Below, piece after piece: positions 34,501-44,820 of a stretch of 64,000 bases of DNA. A model generated the notes under the pieces. That model saw only the letters and a list, made by a program, of their open reading frames with translations. It made no database searches and was not told the origin of the DNA. This stretch comes from Setoptus koraiensis (Eukaryota > Animalia > Arthropoda). Both the position numbers and the translations under genes were made by a program. The stretch spans positions 18,228,001-18,292,000 of the forward strand of contig CM106585.1 of NCBI GenBank assembly GCA_048013815.1. The letters are read 5' to 3'. Position 1 is the first letter of the stretch. Each line of letters starts with the position of its first letter.

Positions 34501-35061
34501 TCAGCTGCTGGCTGTCTCAGCCATCTTGTTAAGCTCGTGCGGTTGTTGTTGCTGCTGTGGTTGTTGTTGTTGTGTCTGCTGTGGTTGTGGTTGTTGTTGT
34601 TGTTGTTGTTGTGGCTGATTGTTGTTGACAGTTTGTGGCTGCTGCTGAGGTTGTTGTTGTTGTTGTGGCTGGTTGTTACCATTGTTGCCGTTGTTGCCGC
34701 CGTTGTTACCGTTATTGTTGTTGTTTCTGTTGTTGTTGTTTCTTCGGTTGTTGTTTCTTCGTCGAGCGTTGTTGTTGTTGTTGGTGCGAGCTTGTGGGGT
34801 GTTGGTTCCGTTGTTGTTGTTGCCGTTGTTGCCGCCGTTATTACCATTGTTGTTGTTGTTGTTCTTGTTGCGTCGGCTGACATTGTTTCTGCGCACGGCT
34901 CTGGATCGGTTGGCGTTACCGCCACCGTCGCCACCTCCGCCTCCACCGCCGCCGCCACCGCAGGCCTCAATAATTTCGGCGGCCACAACCATGGCCACCA
35001 ATAGAATCGCCACGCATTTTATCAATGTAGCTACGTTCATTTTGTTAATTGTCAACTTCAT
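34501..35061 (-). CDS. Orphan secreted Gly/Asn/Arg/Gln-rich low-complexity protein, 186 aa
   Basis: ATGs at 35061 and 35040 both in AACAAAATG context; signal-peptide-like MNVATLIKCVAILLVAMVVAAEIIEA|CG10; TATAAAA about 125 bp upstream; AATAAA at 34048-34053 on the same strand. No family recognised. Confidence 0.7.
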   Translation of the reverse strand: MKLTINKMNVATLIKCVAILLVAMVVAAEIIEACGGGGGGGGGGDGGGNANRSRAVRRNNVSRRNKNNNNNNGNNGGNNGNNNNGTNTPQARTNNNNNARRRNNNRRNNNNRNNNNNGNNGGNNGNNGNNQPQQQQQPQQQPQTVNNNQPQQQQQQQPQPQQTQQQQPQQQQQPHELNKMAETASS

Positions 35062-35180
35062 TTTGTTCGAGGTGATGCTTGCGACTGACAAAAATTTGAT
35101 TAACTTTTGAAAGATCGTACTTGTTCTTCTCTCCACGATGAGCGCTCTGGGTGTGATCAAATACTCAAATTATTGGGCCC

Positions 35181-35187
35181 TTTTATA
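35181..35187 (-). promoter_or_regulatory. TATA box (TATAAAA) upstream of the secreted low-complexity gene
   Basis: Plus strand ttttata reads TATAAAA on minus; position is compatible with a start near 35155. Confidence 0.45.
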
Positions 35188-36208
35188 TCTGATCGAGCCA
35201 CGCTGACTGGCTGGATAGCTTGTTACGTATGTTGCTATATAGTAGCCTATGTTGTACGCGAAACAACGTGGAATTTCTAATGAGCTAGCCCAATCTAGAT
35301 TATTGATTGGGCGTATTGATTTGAGCGTCTGGAGCTGACAAATGAGACGATGGAATTGATTGCATTCAGCCATAAGATTGCTTTAATCAATTCGTTTCAC
35401 CCAACAGAATAATAATCCAGTTCACTGGCGAAGATAGATAGTCTCGCATAAGAATTGTGTGCGATCACATGACACACAAATATAGATACAATATTGAATA
35501 TTTAATTTTGCATATTAATCATTATTTGTATATCAAATGTAGGTATTATTGAATAATCGTCGACATTGTATTTCGGATAGACAATGCTGCCGACAATATT
35601 GATGATCAGTTTATCATGGCATTAGAGTGTGGGGCTACAATTTTCGCAGCCATTATCAGAGATAAACTGATCCGATTGTGATAGCTGATTGTCGGAAAAA
35701 AGTGTTCAATAATTCATAAAAAAATAGTCGAGTCTCAGACATGAATCGTTGGACTAGCATAAGGATCAGCCATTAACTATTCTGGGGCAATGTTGCATCA
35801 TTATGTCACTATCATACTTTTGGGTCGACCGAATGTCAATAGGTAAGAATTATGATTTGTCACATTAACTATCCGAATAACTACGGAGGCAAGCCGGACC
35901 TTTGTATTGCGAGTCAGAATTCCTATCCTCGTGTGCACATGACCATATTGAACAGCCATTCTGTAGAGAGGCCCGTTTGTGTCGGTGTTGGCAATTTACC
36001 AGATCGTCGAGCTCGCGTTTGAGACTTCTTGGACATTTTCGGAACTTTTTGGAGCCTCATTATGAGTCTCGCACCAGACTTCCGAGTTGAAAGTCCCGAG
36101 AGATTACTCCGATCTCACTTTGTTTGCAGTTTGAGTGCTGCTTAGTTATTGCTGCCTTCATTATTGAGCCAGAGTGGCAAACTATTGTGACCATTGAAAG
36201 CTGTTACT

Positions 36209-36453
36209 GATCCGGGGAGGCCTTCCTTCCGCCTCCCAAAATAGGATAGGGGAGGTCCTCCCCATTCCTCCCATCCCAGTGAGCATTGGCGAAAGCACTG
36301 ACAGAACAAGCCAGTGTAAATATTGATGAAATCAGCCAACTATGTAAGAGCCGTGTACTGGGCCATCAATTCATATTTTTAGCGTGTTCTGGTGAATTGG
36401 GGACCCTGGCGTTCTTTTCGCCATGTCAAAAGCCCTTCCAACCTCCCACGATC
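36209..36453. mobile_element. Candidate MITE-like element with GATC-GGGAGG termini, copy 2
   Basis: Left GATCCGGGGAGG; right end reverse-complements to GATCGTGGGAGG (10/12); 245 bp; no target-site duplication found. Confidence 0.3.
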
Positions 36454-37824
36454 GAAGGCTGGTTCGAAGTTGGCGCTCATTGGGCGGAAATCAATCAAAT
36501 TCAATCCGTCCAACTGGGGACAGACGCGCGCGCGCGCGTTGATGGCAAAATTAGAATTGGATTATCGTTAGAAACTAAATACCATCGTGTCGTTGCTGCC
36601 GCACGAGCGAGCCCCGGACGCCCGAAAGCCCGAATGACCTGGGGCGAAATGAGCCCCAGACATTCGTGCGACAATCGCGAGAGCATACGAGCGAGCGAGC
36701 GAGCGCGTATAATCGCAAGATACCGAAATAGACCAATGCGACGATAGATACACAAACCGATATATATATTTTCATTGCAGGGCCTCTCGTCGGTCGACGA
36801 TGTTAAGCGCGAGCGGGGCGCTCATTTGAACGCTTCAGTGACTTTTGGCACTCGCTAGCGTTGTGTCGCGTGGCCACGGGCAAGCCAATCAAACGGATAA
36901 AATTAAGCGCCACGAATTGTTGGTCATCGGGTCGCAGCTCTCGACGACGGTTATTATCTCATCCGCTGGCGCGTCGGGTGCCCATTGTATATATCTGACG
37001 CCAATTGTATATATAACGCCAATTGTGTATATATGGCGCCCATTGTGCCGGCACAATCGGAGAGGCCAATTTTTGGTTTAGATTTGGCGTTTGGTGCGCA
37101 CACCATTGGCGCCATTTTAAACTAATAGCGATCCGATTTTACCCCTAATGAGTAATCTTGTTTTGCTAAGGGCCAATGATCACTTAGGCCCATTAGTGGC
37201 CCCTCCGAGCGCCACCATTTCTCGTCCAGTGGCCGGGTGGGCGGGCCCCATTTAAGCGATGCTCTGGAGAAATACTTTGAAATAATTGGTTTGCATGCGG
37301 CAAGAATCGCTTGAGCCTCGATATGTCACGACATGTTGCTGGGGAAAAATTTGGAAACAAGCCCGAAAGTGGCGCGTTCCATTTTCGCACAAATCTAGCC
37401 CTCTTTTCGCACAAATCAGCAAGCGATATTCCACAAAAGTCCTGCTCCCTTTTGCAAAAGTCCTGCTCCCTTCTGGCGACTGTCGTGAATTGCGGCGCGG
37501 CTTTTGGTGCGCGCGGAGAGATGGCGCGTTGCGCGCCACCAACTGGCTGTTTGCGCACAAGCACACTGTCTTGAGCGACTCGCTTTGGCCGCGCCGACCA
37601 CGAGCTCGATCTTGGCAGCAGAATAGATTGGCGAGTTAGATCGAATTAGCAAATTGGCAAAGTCAAAGTATCACAAGTGAAAGTATCGCAAGTCACAGTT
37701 CTCAGCTCGTCGAGTCATCGGTGGGCGACAACGTTTCGGCTCACCTGTCGGCCAGCAACGGCAGTCCGAAGAAGCGACTGTGCGCAGCATCGTGCCCCAA
37801 CTGTCAGCAACTAGTATCGCCGTT

Positions 37825-37878
37825 CAGAAGAATCAGAGCTCAGAAGAATCAGAGTTCAGAAGAATCAGAGCTCAGAAA
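37825..37878. repeat. 16-bp tandem repeat, about 3.4 units, upstream of the GPCR ATG
   Basis: cagaagaatcagag(c/t)t at 37825, 37841, 37857, partial at 37873. Confidence 0.85.
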
Positions 37879-38272
37879 TATCGGCGCTTCGACACTTTGC
37901 CAGAGAGAGCGAGCGCCCGGCCGCGCCGAGAGATGGGCCGCCGAACCGACCAGCAACGCGGCCCGACAGAGCGTCGTCCGAGTGATTCATCGCAGCGCCG
38001 ATACCGGCCCCATCCGAACAGAACATCGTCGTCGTCAAGCCATCAAGTTGCCGTCACAAGCGGTTGAAAATCATCAGCAGCAGCAGCAAAAAGCAGCAAA
38101 CAACAGTGCGCCCGGTGAAGCGGGCAAGCGACACGGGGGCGCGCAAACGAAGCGCCGGCCCGACCGCGCGCCGACAAACAAATCACACAAGCAACAAATC
38201 ACGACTCGTCGAAGATTATTTAAATTAAATGCCGATTGGCAAACAACGCATCAAATCACCACAACGGCCGGC

Positions 38273-40949
38273 ATGTTTGCTCGGCGGGGCCCGGCGCTCA
38301 GCGCGGCCGGCTGGGCCCGACTGGCCGGATGTTTGTTAGTGGGCCTGTCGCAAGCAGCAGCAGCGTCGCCCGCCGGCCACTCGGTCGCCGGAAGTGCCAC
38401 CGGCCCCGCAACCAACTTCGAGTCCGGCCTCGCCTTCAATGTGACCGGCGATATGGCGGGCGCGGGCGCCGACGACGCCCAGGGCGGCGGCATCGGCGTG
38501 GGCGTGGGCGAAAAGACCCCATCATCCATGAGCGTTAAAATAACGCTCACCGTCGTGTATTCGCTTATTTTGACCGCGGGTGCCTTGGGCAACATTTGCA
38601 GTTGCTCCGTGATCGCCGACCCGAGAAATCGCTACATGAAAACGGCAACAAATTATTACCTGTTCAGTCTGTCCATCAGTGATCTGTTGCTACTGACCAC
38701 GGGAATACCGCACGAAATCATAGGCATTTGGCACCCTGAGCCGCCTTACCTGTTCAACTGGCTCGTGTGCTTGGGCCGGATATGGCTGTCGGAATCGAGT
38801 ACGTGCGCCAGCGTTTTGGTCATAGTGGCGTTCACCGTGGAACGTTACATAGCCATTTGTCATCCGCTTAAAAATCACACTTGGTCACATTTGTCGCGCG
38901 CCGTGAAAATAATCATCATAGTCTGGCTGTTGGCCTTGTCGTTTGGCGTCCTAGTTGCGTCACAATTCGACATTGTTTATGCCTACGATATGAAAACAAA
39001 ACAATTGATACAATCGACGGCCACTTGCACCATTGTGAAACGAAACGAGAAAATATTCGAGCTGGCCACCATAGTGTTCTTCTTTGTGCCCATGACCATC
39101 ATAACGCTGTTGTACATATTGATTGGTCACAATTTGCGCAAATCCTCCTCGTCCAAGGCGATAGGCAACTCGTCGGGTACCAAGTTGCCGTCGGCGCCGT
39201 CGTATTGCGAATCGTCGCAATTGTCGGCGGGTCCCGGCGACCATGAACACGGCGCCAGTCCGCGAGGGGTCAGTCTGCGAATCCATCGCAGCAGCAGCAG
39301 CAACCAGAATGACGCAAATTGTCGTGAGTGCGCCAACAAACAAAACAGCAGCCTATTGAGTCCGGCCAACCAAAATCACCGGCACACAGTCTTTCAGAGG
39401 CGCTCGTTCGCTTGTTTGCCCAGCACGCTGCGGGCCTCCGTGAGGGCGACGCGGCGAAAGTGTTTGACGCAACCAAACAACCTGTCGACCGCGACAAACG
39501 CGACAACAACAACAACTGAAACAACTGCCGTGTCGCCTGAGTTATCGCCCCCGCTAAAGGGCTCGTCTCGCAGCAACGCAACTCGTGATGGTCAGTCGCG
39601 AGCCGCTGCCGATCACTCGGCGGCTCGTTTTCACAAGAGAACTTTACAGAAGCTCAAGAGGCTCAAACTGACGCTGCAGTCGGCCGGCCAAGCGGGCCGA
39701 AAAGCTCGAGAGGGCGCCGGCCAGACTCAAATTCAATTTTATGGGGCCGCCAACGACAGCAACGGTAGCGGTATTAATCACTGTGATAATTTAGGATCGG
39801 TCGATCGTCACGACACGGGCAAACAATTAACGCTGGCCAGTTTTGGCGGCGCCAAGGTAGAATCGTCGGCGACGGCCGGAAACGAAACGAGCGATAACGA
39901 AAGGGGCGAAAACGAGCCGGGCCAGAACGAGCCGAGCACGAAAACAAATGCTAAAAACGAAAACAATAATGAAAATTTTTCCCGAACGCCGAGAGGCGAC
40001 AAACCGAACGCACCAGTGGTAATCATCACTGACCAATTGGCGGACTCAGGCACCAGAGAGCGCCCGAACGACGCAAATAAAGCGCGTGTCAACCACGCAC
40101 AAACAGAACAAAATGTGAATGATACGATCAATGATAAAAAAATGACGACTGCAACAAGCCTGGATAATTGCAACAAATCCGCTCGGTGGCTGGTGCAGTC
40201 GCAGCCGTTGCCGCAATGGCCCGGCGACAAGGCTCACAAAACTACAACCGGCCCGCGAGACAGCGAGACGAGCAACAATAAAAAGGCGGCCTCGCTGGAG
40301 AGTGTCAGAGGTGGCAAGAGGAATAAATTAAAACAACAACAGCAACAAAATGTCGTGAGAACATTGTTGAATGATGAGCCGAGATATTCGCTCGAGCCAA
40401 TTTGTACTGCCAGATCAAACGATAATCAACAGCAACAACAACAGCAGCAAAACAAGTTGTTTCAATCTCAATATTCAGACACATCTCATTCACACGTAAA
40501 TGCGTCGCAGCAAAATAATTGCGAGGCGCCGATGCGCCGCCAGCTTGTGCAAGTCAGCGATGACGGATACGAGCGGCAAGGCGATAATCCAGTGCAGATA
40601 ATGATCGATGTCGGCCTCGTTGACGGCAAACAGCAGCAGCAGCAGCATTCGAAGGCTCCCAGCAAATTAGCCAGCAGCAAGTCAGAGCTGGTAATTACAA
40701 ATAATCGCACATCTCTCAATCAATTAACATCCAAAGATTTACTACTACCCAGTGATACTGCCAACGATAATGATCGTGGCAACAACAACAACAACGGCAA
40801 CACCGACTTGGCCAGCACGAAAAGAATCACGGCGCATCATTATCTCAGACACTCGGTATCGGTTCAATTATCGCCGCCTTGTCGTCAGCCAAAACTCAAT
40901 ATACAACCTACAGCAGTTGCTCATAGGCAATCTGTGATAAAAATGTTAG
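38273..40949 (+). CDS. PRXamide-family class A GPCR (pyrokinin/capa/neuromedin-U receptor-like), exon 1: N-terminus, TM1-TM5, giant ICL3
   Basis: GNICSCSV, MKTATNYYLFSLSISDLLLL, SESSTCASVLVIVAFTVERYIAICHP, FFFVPMTIITLLYILIG; ends RQSVIKML G|GTAAGT. First in-frame ATG is 38273; the ORF-track start at 37721 is GTG. Confidence 0.93.
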
Positions 40950-42683
40950 GTAAGTTTCCGATGACATTAAGCACACACTTGACATTGCACAATTTGAATT
41001 AATGAATTCTCAGACAGCACGCAATCGCGTTGGCAATGCTCGCGGGCGTAATGTTTTTTTAATGGTTTTGCATAATGACACCATCACTGCGATTTGAGTG
41101 CTGCTACCTGTTTGTTTTTTTCCCATTCGGCAATGTTCGAGAATGTTTTCGGCTTCGCCGGCGGCTTCGCGCGCCGAAAACATTCTCTGCCGCCGTCTGT
41201 ATGGCGTCCGTTCGGGCGTTCATTCTCTACTCTATTCCGGCGCTCGTTCTCTACTAGAGAATCTCTGGTCTATTTTGGCGTTCATCGCGCCCGGAATAGA
41301 CTTTGTAATCAGTTGCATCAGTGTGTTATCGCACACCATCGATGATGCTAATTATGTTCCATTGGACTCACATAATCATATATCAAATATATCAAATCAC
41401 GGCCAATAGTTTGCAATGCCGGCTTGCATTTTAAATGTTGTTAGTTGCGTAAATTATTTTGTGCACACTCTGCATTGGTTGACTTATGACGCGTTACTAG
41501 CGCGGCGTTACACCAAACTCAAACTTTTCATCACTTTTTCCGTCTGCTCATTGCATGGGCGCTTATTCACCGCAATCCGGGTGGCAGAAAACGGCAGAAA
41601 AGGAAAAATGATGGCGCAAACGGCTATCCGAGTCACTTTTCAAACTTTGAAATTATTTCAACGTGAATGTTACTCTCTCGGTGTAGCCAGCGATCAAGTG
41701 TGATGCGCCCGATCGATTTGCTCGGCGTGGCTGGCGTCAAACGTGCCAGATATAGATGGCACAGTCAGTTTGCGGCCATCTCTTCCGCATATCGCATCAT
41801 ATATTATCATATATATTATCGACCATTTTGAATCGGCTCGGCACAAATGAATGAAATGCTCACTAATAAAACGTTTTTCCTTTCGCAGCACATGCCGTGC
41901 TGCTCGATGCAAAGTGTTGCTGCTGTCACAATGGGCACAATATTCGGGCCCAATACAATAGGCGCTGGGATTATTTCAGGCACTTTGCTCACAATTGCAT
42001 TGCTTGCATATCTGATTTCTTCGGTTTTTTATTTTTTCTCCTCTCTTTTCACTTCTTTGGCTGACCATTTTTTGTTGCTCTTCACTGAAGAGCAATACTG
42101 TGTATTAACTTTTTTTTTTCACTGTTTTGGCCGTGGGGAAAACGACGTTTCGCTGCTGCTTTCTCTTCAAATGTTCATATGTTGTCGAAGTATTAATATT
42201 CAAATGTTTGTAATGTGCGCATCTGCATAAACATTTGAGCGTTTTATTTCCTTGGAGAGGAGATGCCATTTGTGGGACGTAGCTCTAGGATGAGTGGCGC
42301 ACCTTTCCTCTCGAAATTGCAATCATTTTGTTCAAAAAAAGTATAAGTGATTGATTTTGGATGAAAATGAATGAGCGTACAGTTTAAAAATATGAGTCGC
42401 CCTCCTGTGTGAAGAGCACTGTGTCGACTTGCTTCGATCCGGCGCGGCACTGGCCAGCCGCAAACGCATAGAAAAAGCACCAACCGACGATGTCACTGAA
42501 GATTTTCGGTGATATATATTATCCGTCGAGTAAGCTTCTCGAGGCTGTAACTGCAACTAAAAGTAGGACGCGTCGGATAATATCTCATGTGCTCAGATTA
42601 CCTGTTTAGCCAGACGTCGGCCAGACTCGACGTTGCTGGCCACTTGGCGCGTCGCTTGCGTATGGTCTGGCATTTGCTTTGCT

Positions 42684-42756
42684 GGCGCATTTCGCGCTCG
42701 TGTCGGCGTATTTCGTGTTCGTGTTGGCGCATTTCGTGTTCGTGTCGGCGTATTTT
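42684..42756. repeat. 21-bp tandem repeat, about 3.5 units
   Basis: ggcg(c/t)attt at 42684, 42705, 42726 and 42747. Confidence 0.8.
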
Positions 42757-44702
42757 GCCCTGCCGGGCGCCAGAAAATGCCGCGCCAAAATGGGCGCGAT
42801 AATGGGCGCTTGCCTGAAAGGGGCTCCATAAATATTTACAGGTACTTGCAGTTTGTATATTTGTTGTATGTGCGCTTGAGCACACTCAAACACTGGGCGC
42901 CCCACACACCGGAGTCCACAAATTGGAGGCGCAAGGAGCGGCCAAAGGAGATGAGTGAGATTTAGCGCCCTCATGCCATCGCCATCGTTCGGCTGAGATA
43001 ATATCATTGGGCCACATTAGTAGTTGGATTTGCGAAATAGATTTACTGGCGGCGCCAGTGAGAGAGTTTTGATGAAGCGCCCGCTACTTCTCATGATGAC
43101 ACCTAATTTATGACCCCTAGTCTGTGAAAAAGTGTATCGCCCCGCACACAAAATGGAATACATTGGTCCGAGGAAATTTCGCAAGTGACCAAGTGGCAAC
43201 CAGCCACTTGCAAGTGGCAACCAGCAAGTTGCCAGCCAGCTAGACCACTTGCCAGACGTTGAGAGGACGCTGCACGAGCAGCTGATAATCCTGGCGACGA
43301 GGCAGGTAAATTGAGTTATAGGCTCATTTATTCTAGTCCGGTGTTGCTTGTCCCAGTGGCGCCGCCAACATATCCGTTATGTAATGCGAAATGAAATAAC
43401 CGTTAGTGAGTGTGTGTGTGTGTGTGTGTGTATCTTGTGTGCCAGTGATTGCCGGTGTGTAGATGAGGCCCGAGATTAGAGCAATGTTGTCGTCTCGTGT
43501 GTGTGTGTGTGTGTGTAGATATTATCGTAAAATTACGCGAAAACAATGTGAAACAATTACATCCAGGCAATAAGTCAAGTGTATTTGTTGACTCGAAAGG
43601 TTGTGCCGGGCGCGGATATTCAGTGTTTGCTTAGCGGCGACCAGCAAGCGCTCAGTCGGAGTTGCAAAGAGGTGATACAAGCACAATCCATCAATAATAT
43701 CCGCATGTTTTCTGTCTCGTGCCCCTAAGCTGGCTTACACACACAGTGCGTGTACGTGTTTCCATCACCACGTGTTTGGAACGAGGGGCAGCACACGGCA
43801 ATAAATCCCCTTCTCTCAATTGTGTCTCTACGTATTGTGTCTCTATGTATTGCGTCTGTATCATACAGACTGTATGTATCCACATATTTTTTAGCGCGGA
43901 TATTTTTTCTTTTTGTATGCTCTCAATACGTACAAATACGAAATGCAATGTACGCACACTGGAACTATTGCCGCCACCGGTGACTTATTCACGCTCGGAT
44001 AATCCGCTGGTGGCGAGATGATGAAATAAGTGATGACAAAGTTGTCAGGTTATTTCCTATTTTCCTTCGATCATCATAATCAGCAGTGTGAGCGATTGTT
44101 CAAATGCATGCTTGTCCATTAACTGTCACACTAGCTGCAGTGCCCGTGCAGTCGGCCACTACTATCATTCATTTGATATAGGGCCAGTACATTATCCGCT
44201 GGCATATCCGCCAGTCGCTTTCGATTGGGGCACCTGTACTCTCGTCGGCTGACTGTTATTATTATTATTATTATCTGGTACAAGTGTCATCTCCAATCAT
44301 CAGCCAGATGGTTGTACGTTTTTAGGCGCTGACAACAACGCTGCACAGGTGAGGTCCCATTTTCGCAGCGCGTGGAAAATAGAGAAAAAAACGGGGGCCA
44401 ACAGATAGCGTTATGAGCGTCCAAATTGCTCAAGTTGTTGTTTGTTTGTGTGAAAAAAGCAGCCAAATTGATACTTGTGGGCTAGGTGGCGAAAAGAAAA
44501 ATCTATTGGCGGCACACACACACACACACGGTGGCAAATCGCGCTAACGCAGCTATGATAATAATAATAATGAGATAATGATGTTGAGGGGTCTCTTTGG
44601 CGACACGACCAGTCGAGACGCCAAAGAGACACATAGTCATGGTCCAGTTTGTAGTTTCTTTTCGGCCGGCGGCTCTTCTTTTTCGGCGGATTCTTTTCGG
44701 CG

Positions 44703-44820
44703 GATTCTTTTTCAGTTGATTCTCCCTCGGTTCATTCTCCCTCGGTTGATTCTCCCTCGGTTGATTCTCCCCCAGTCGATTCTCCCTCGGTTGATTCTCC
44801 CCCAGTCGGTCCCTCGGTTG
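44703..44820. repeat. 15-bp minisatellite gattctccctcggtt, about 7 units
   Basis: Units start at 44718, 44733, 44748, 44763, 44778 and 44793, with degenerate flanks. Confidence 0.85.

Noticed and set aside
34470-35110. Alternative Thr-rich, Leu-rich, Val-rich and Cys-rich frames over the secreted gene
   Set aside because: Same repeat read in other frames; only the 35061 frame has Kozak-like starts, a signal peptide and a TATA box.
37721-38272. N-terminal 184 codons of the 1093-aa ORF
   Set aside because: Starts at GTG, has no ATG and includes a 16-bp tandem repeat; treated as probable 5' UTR.
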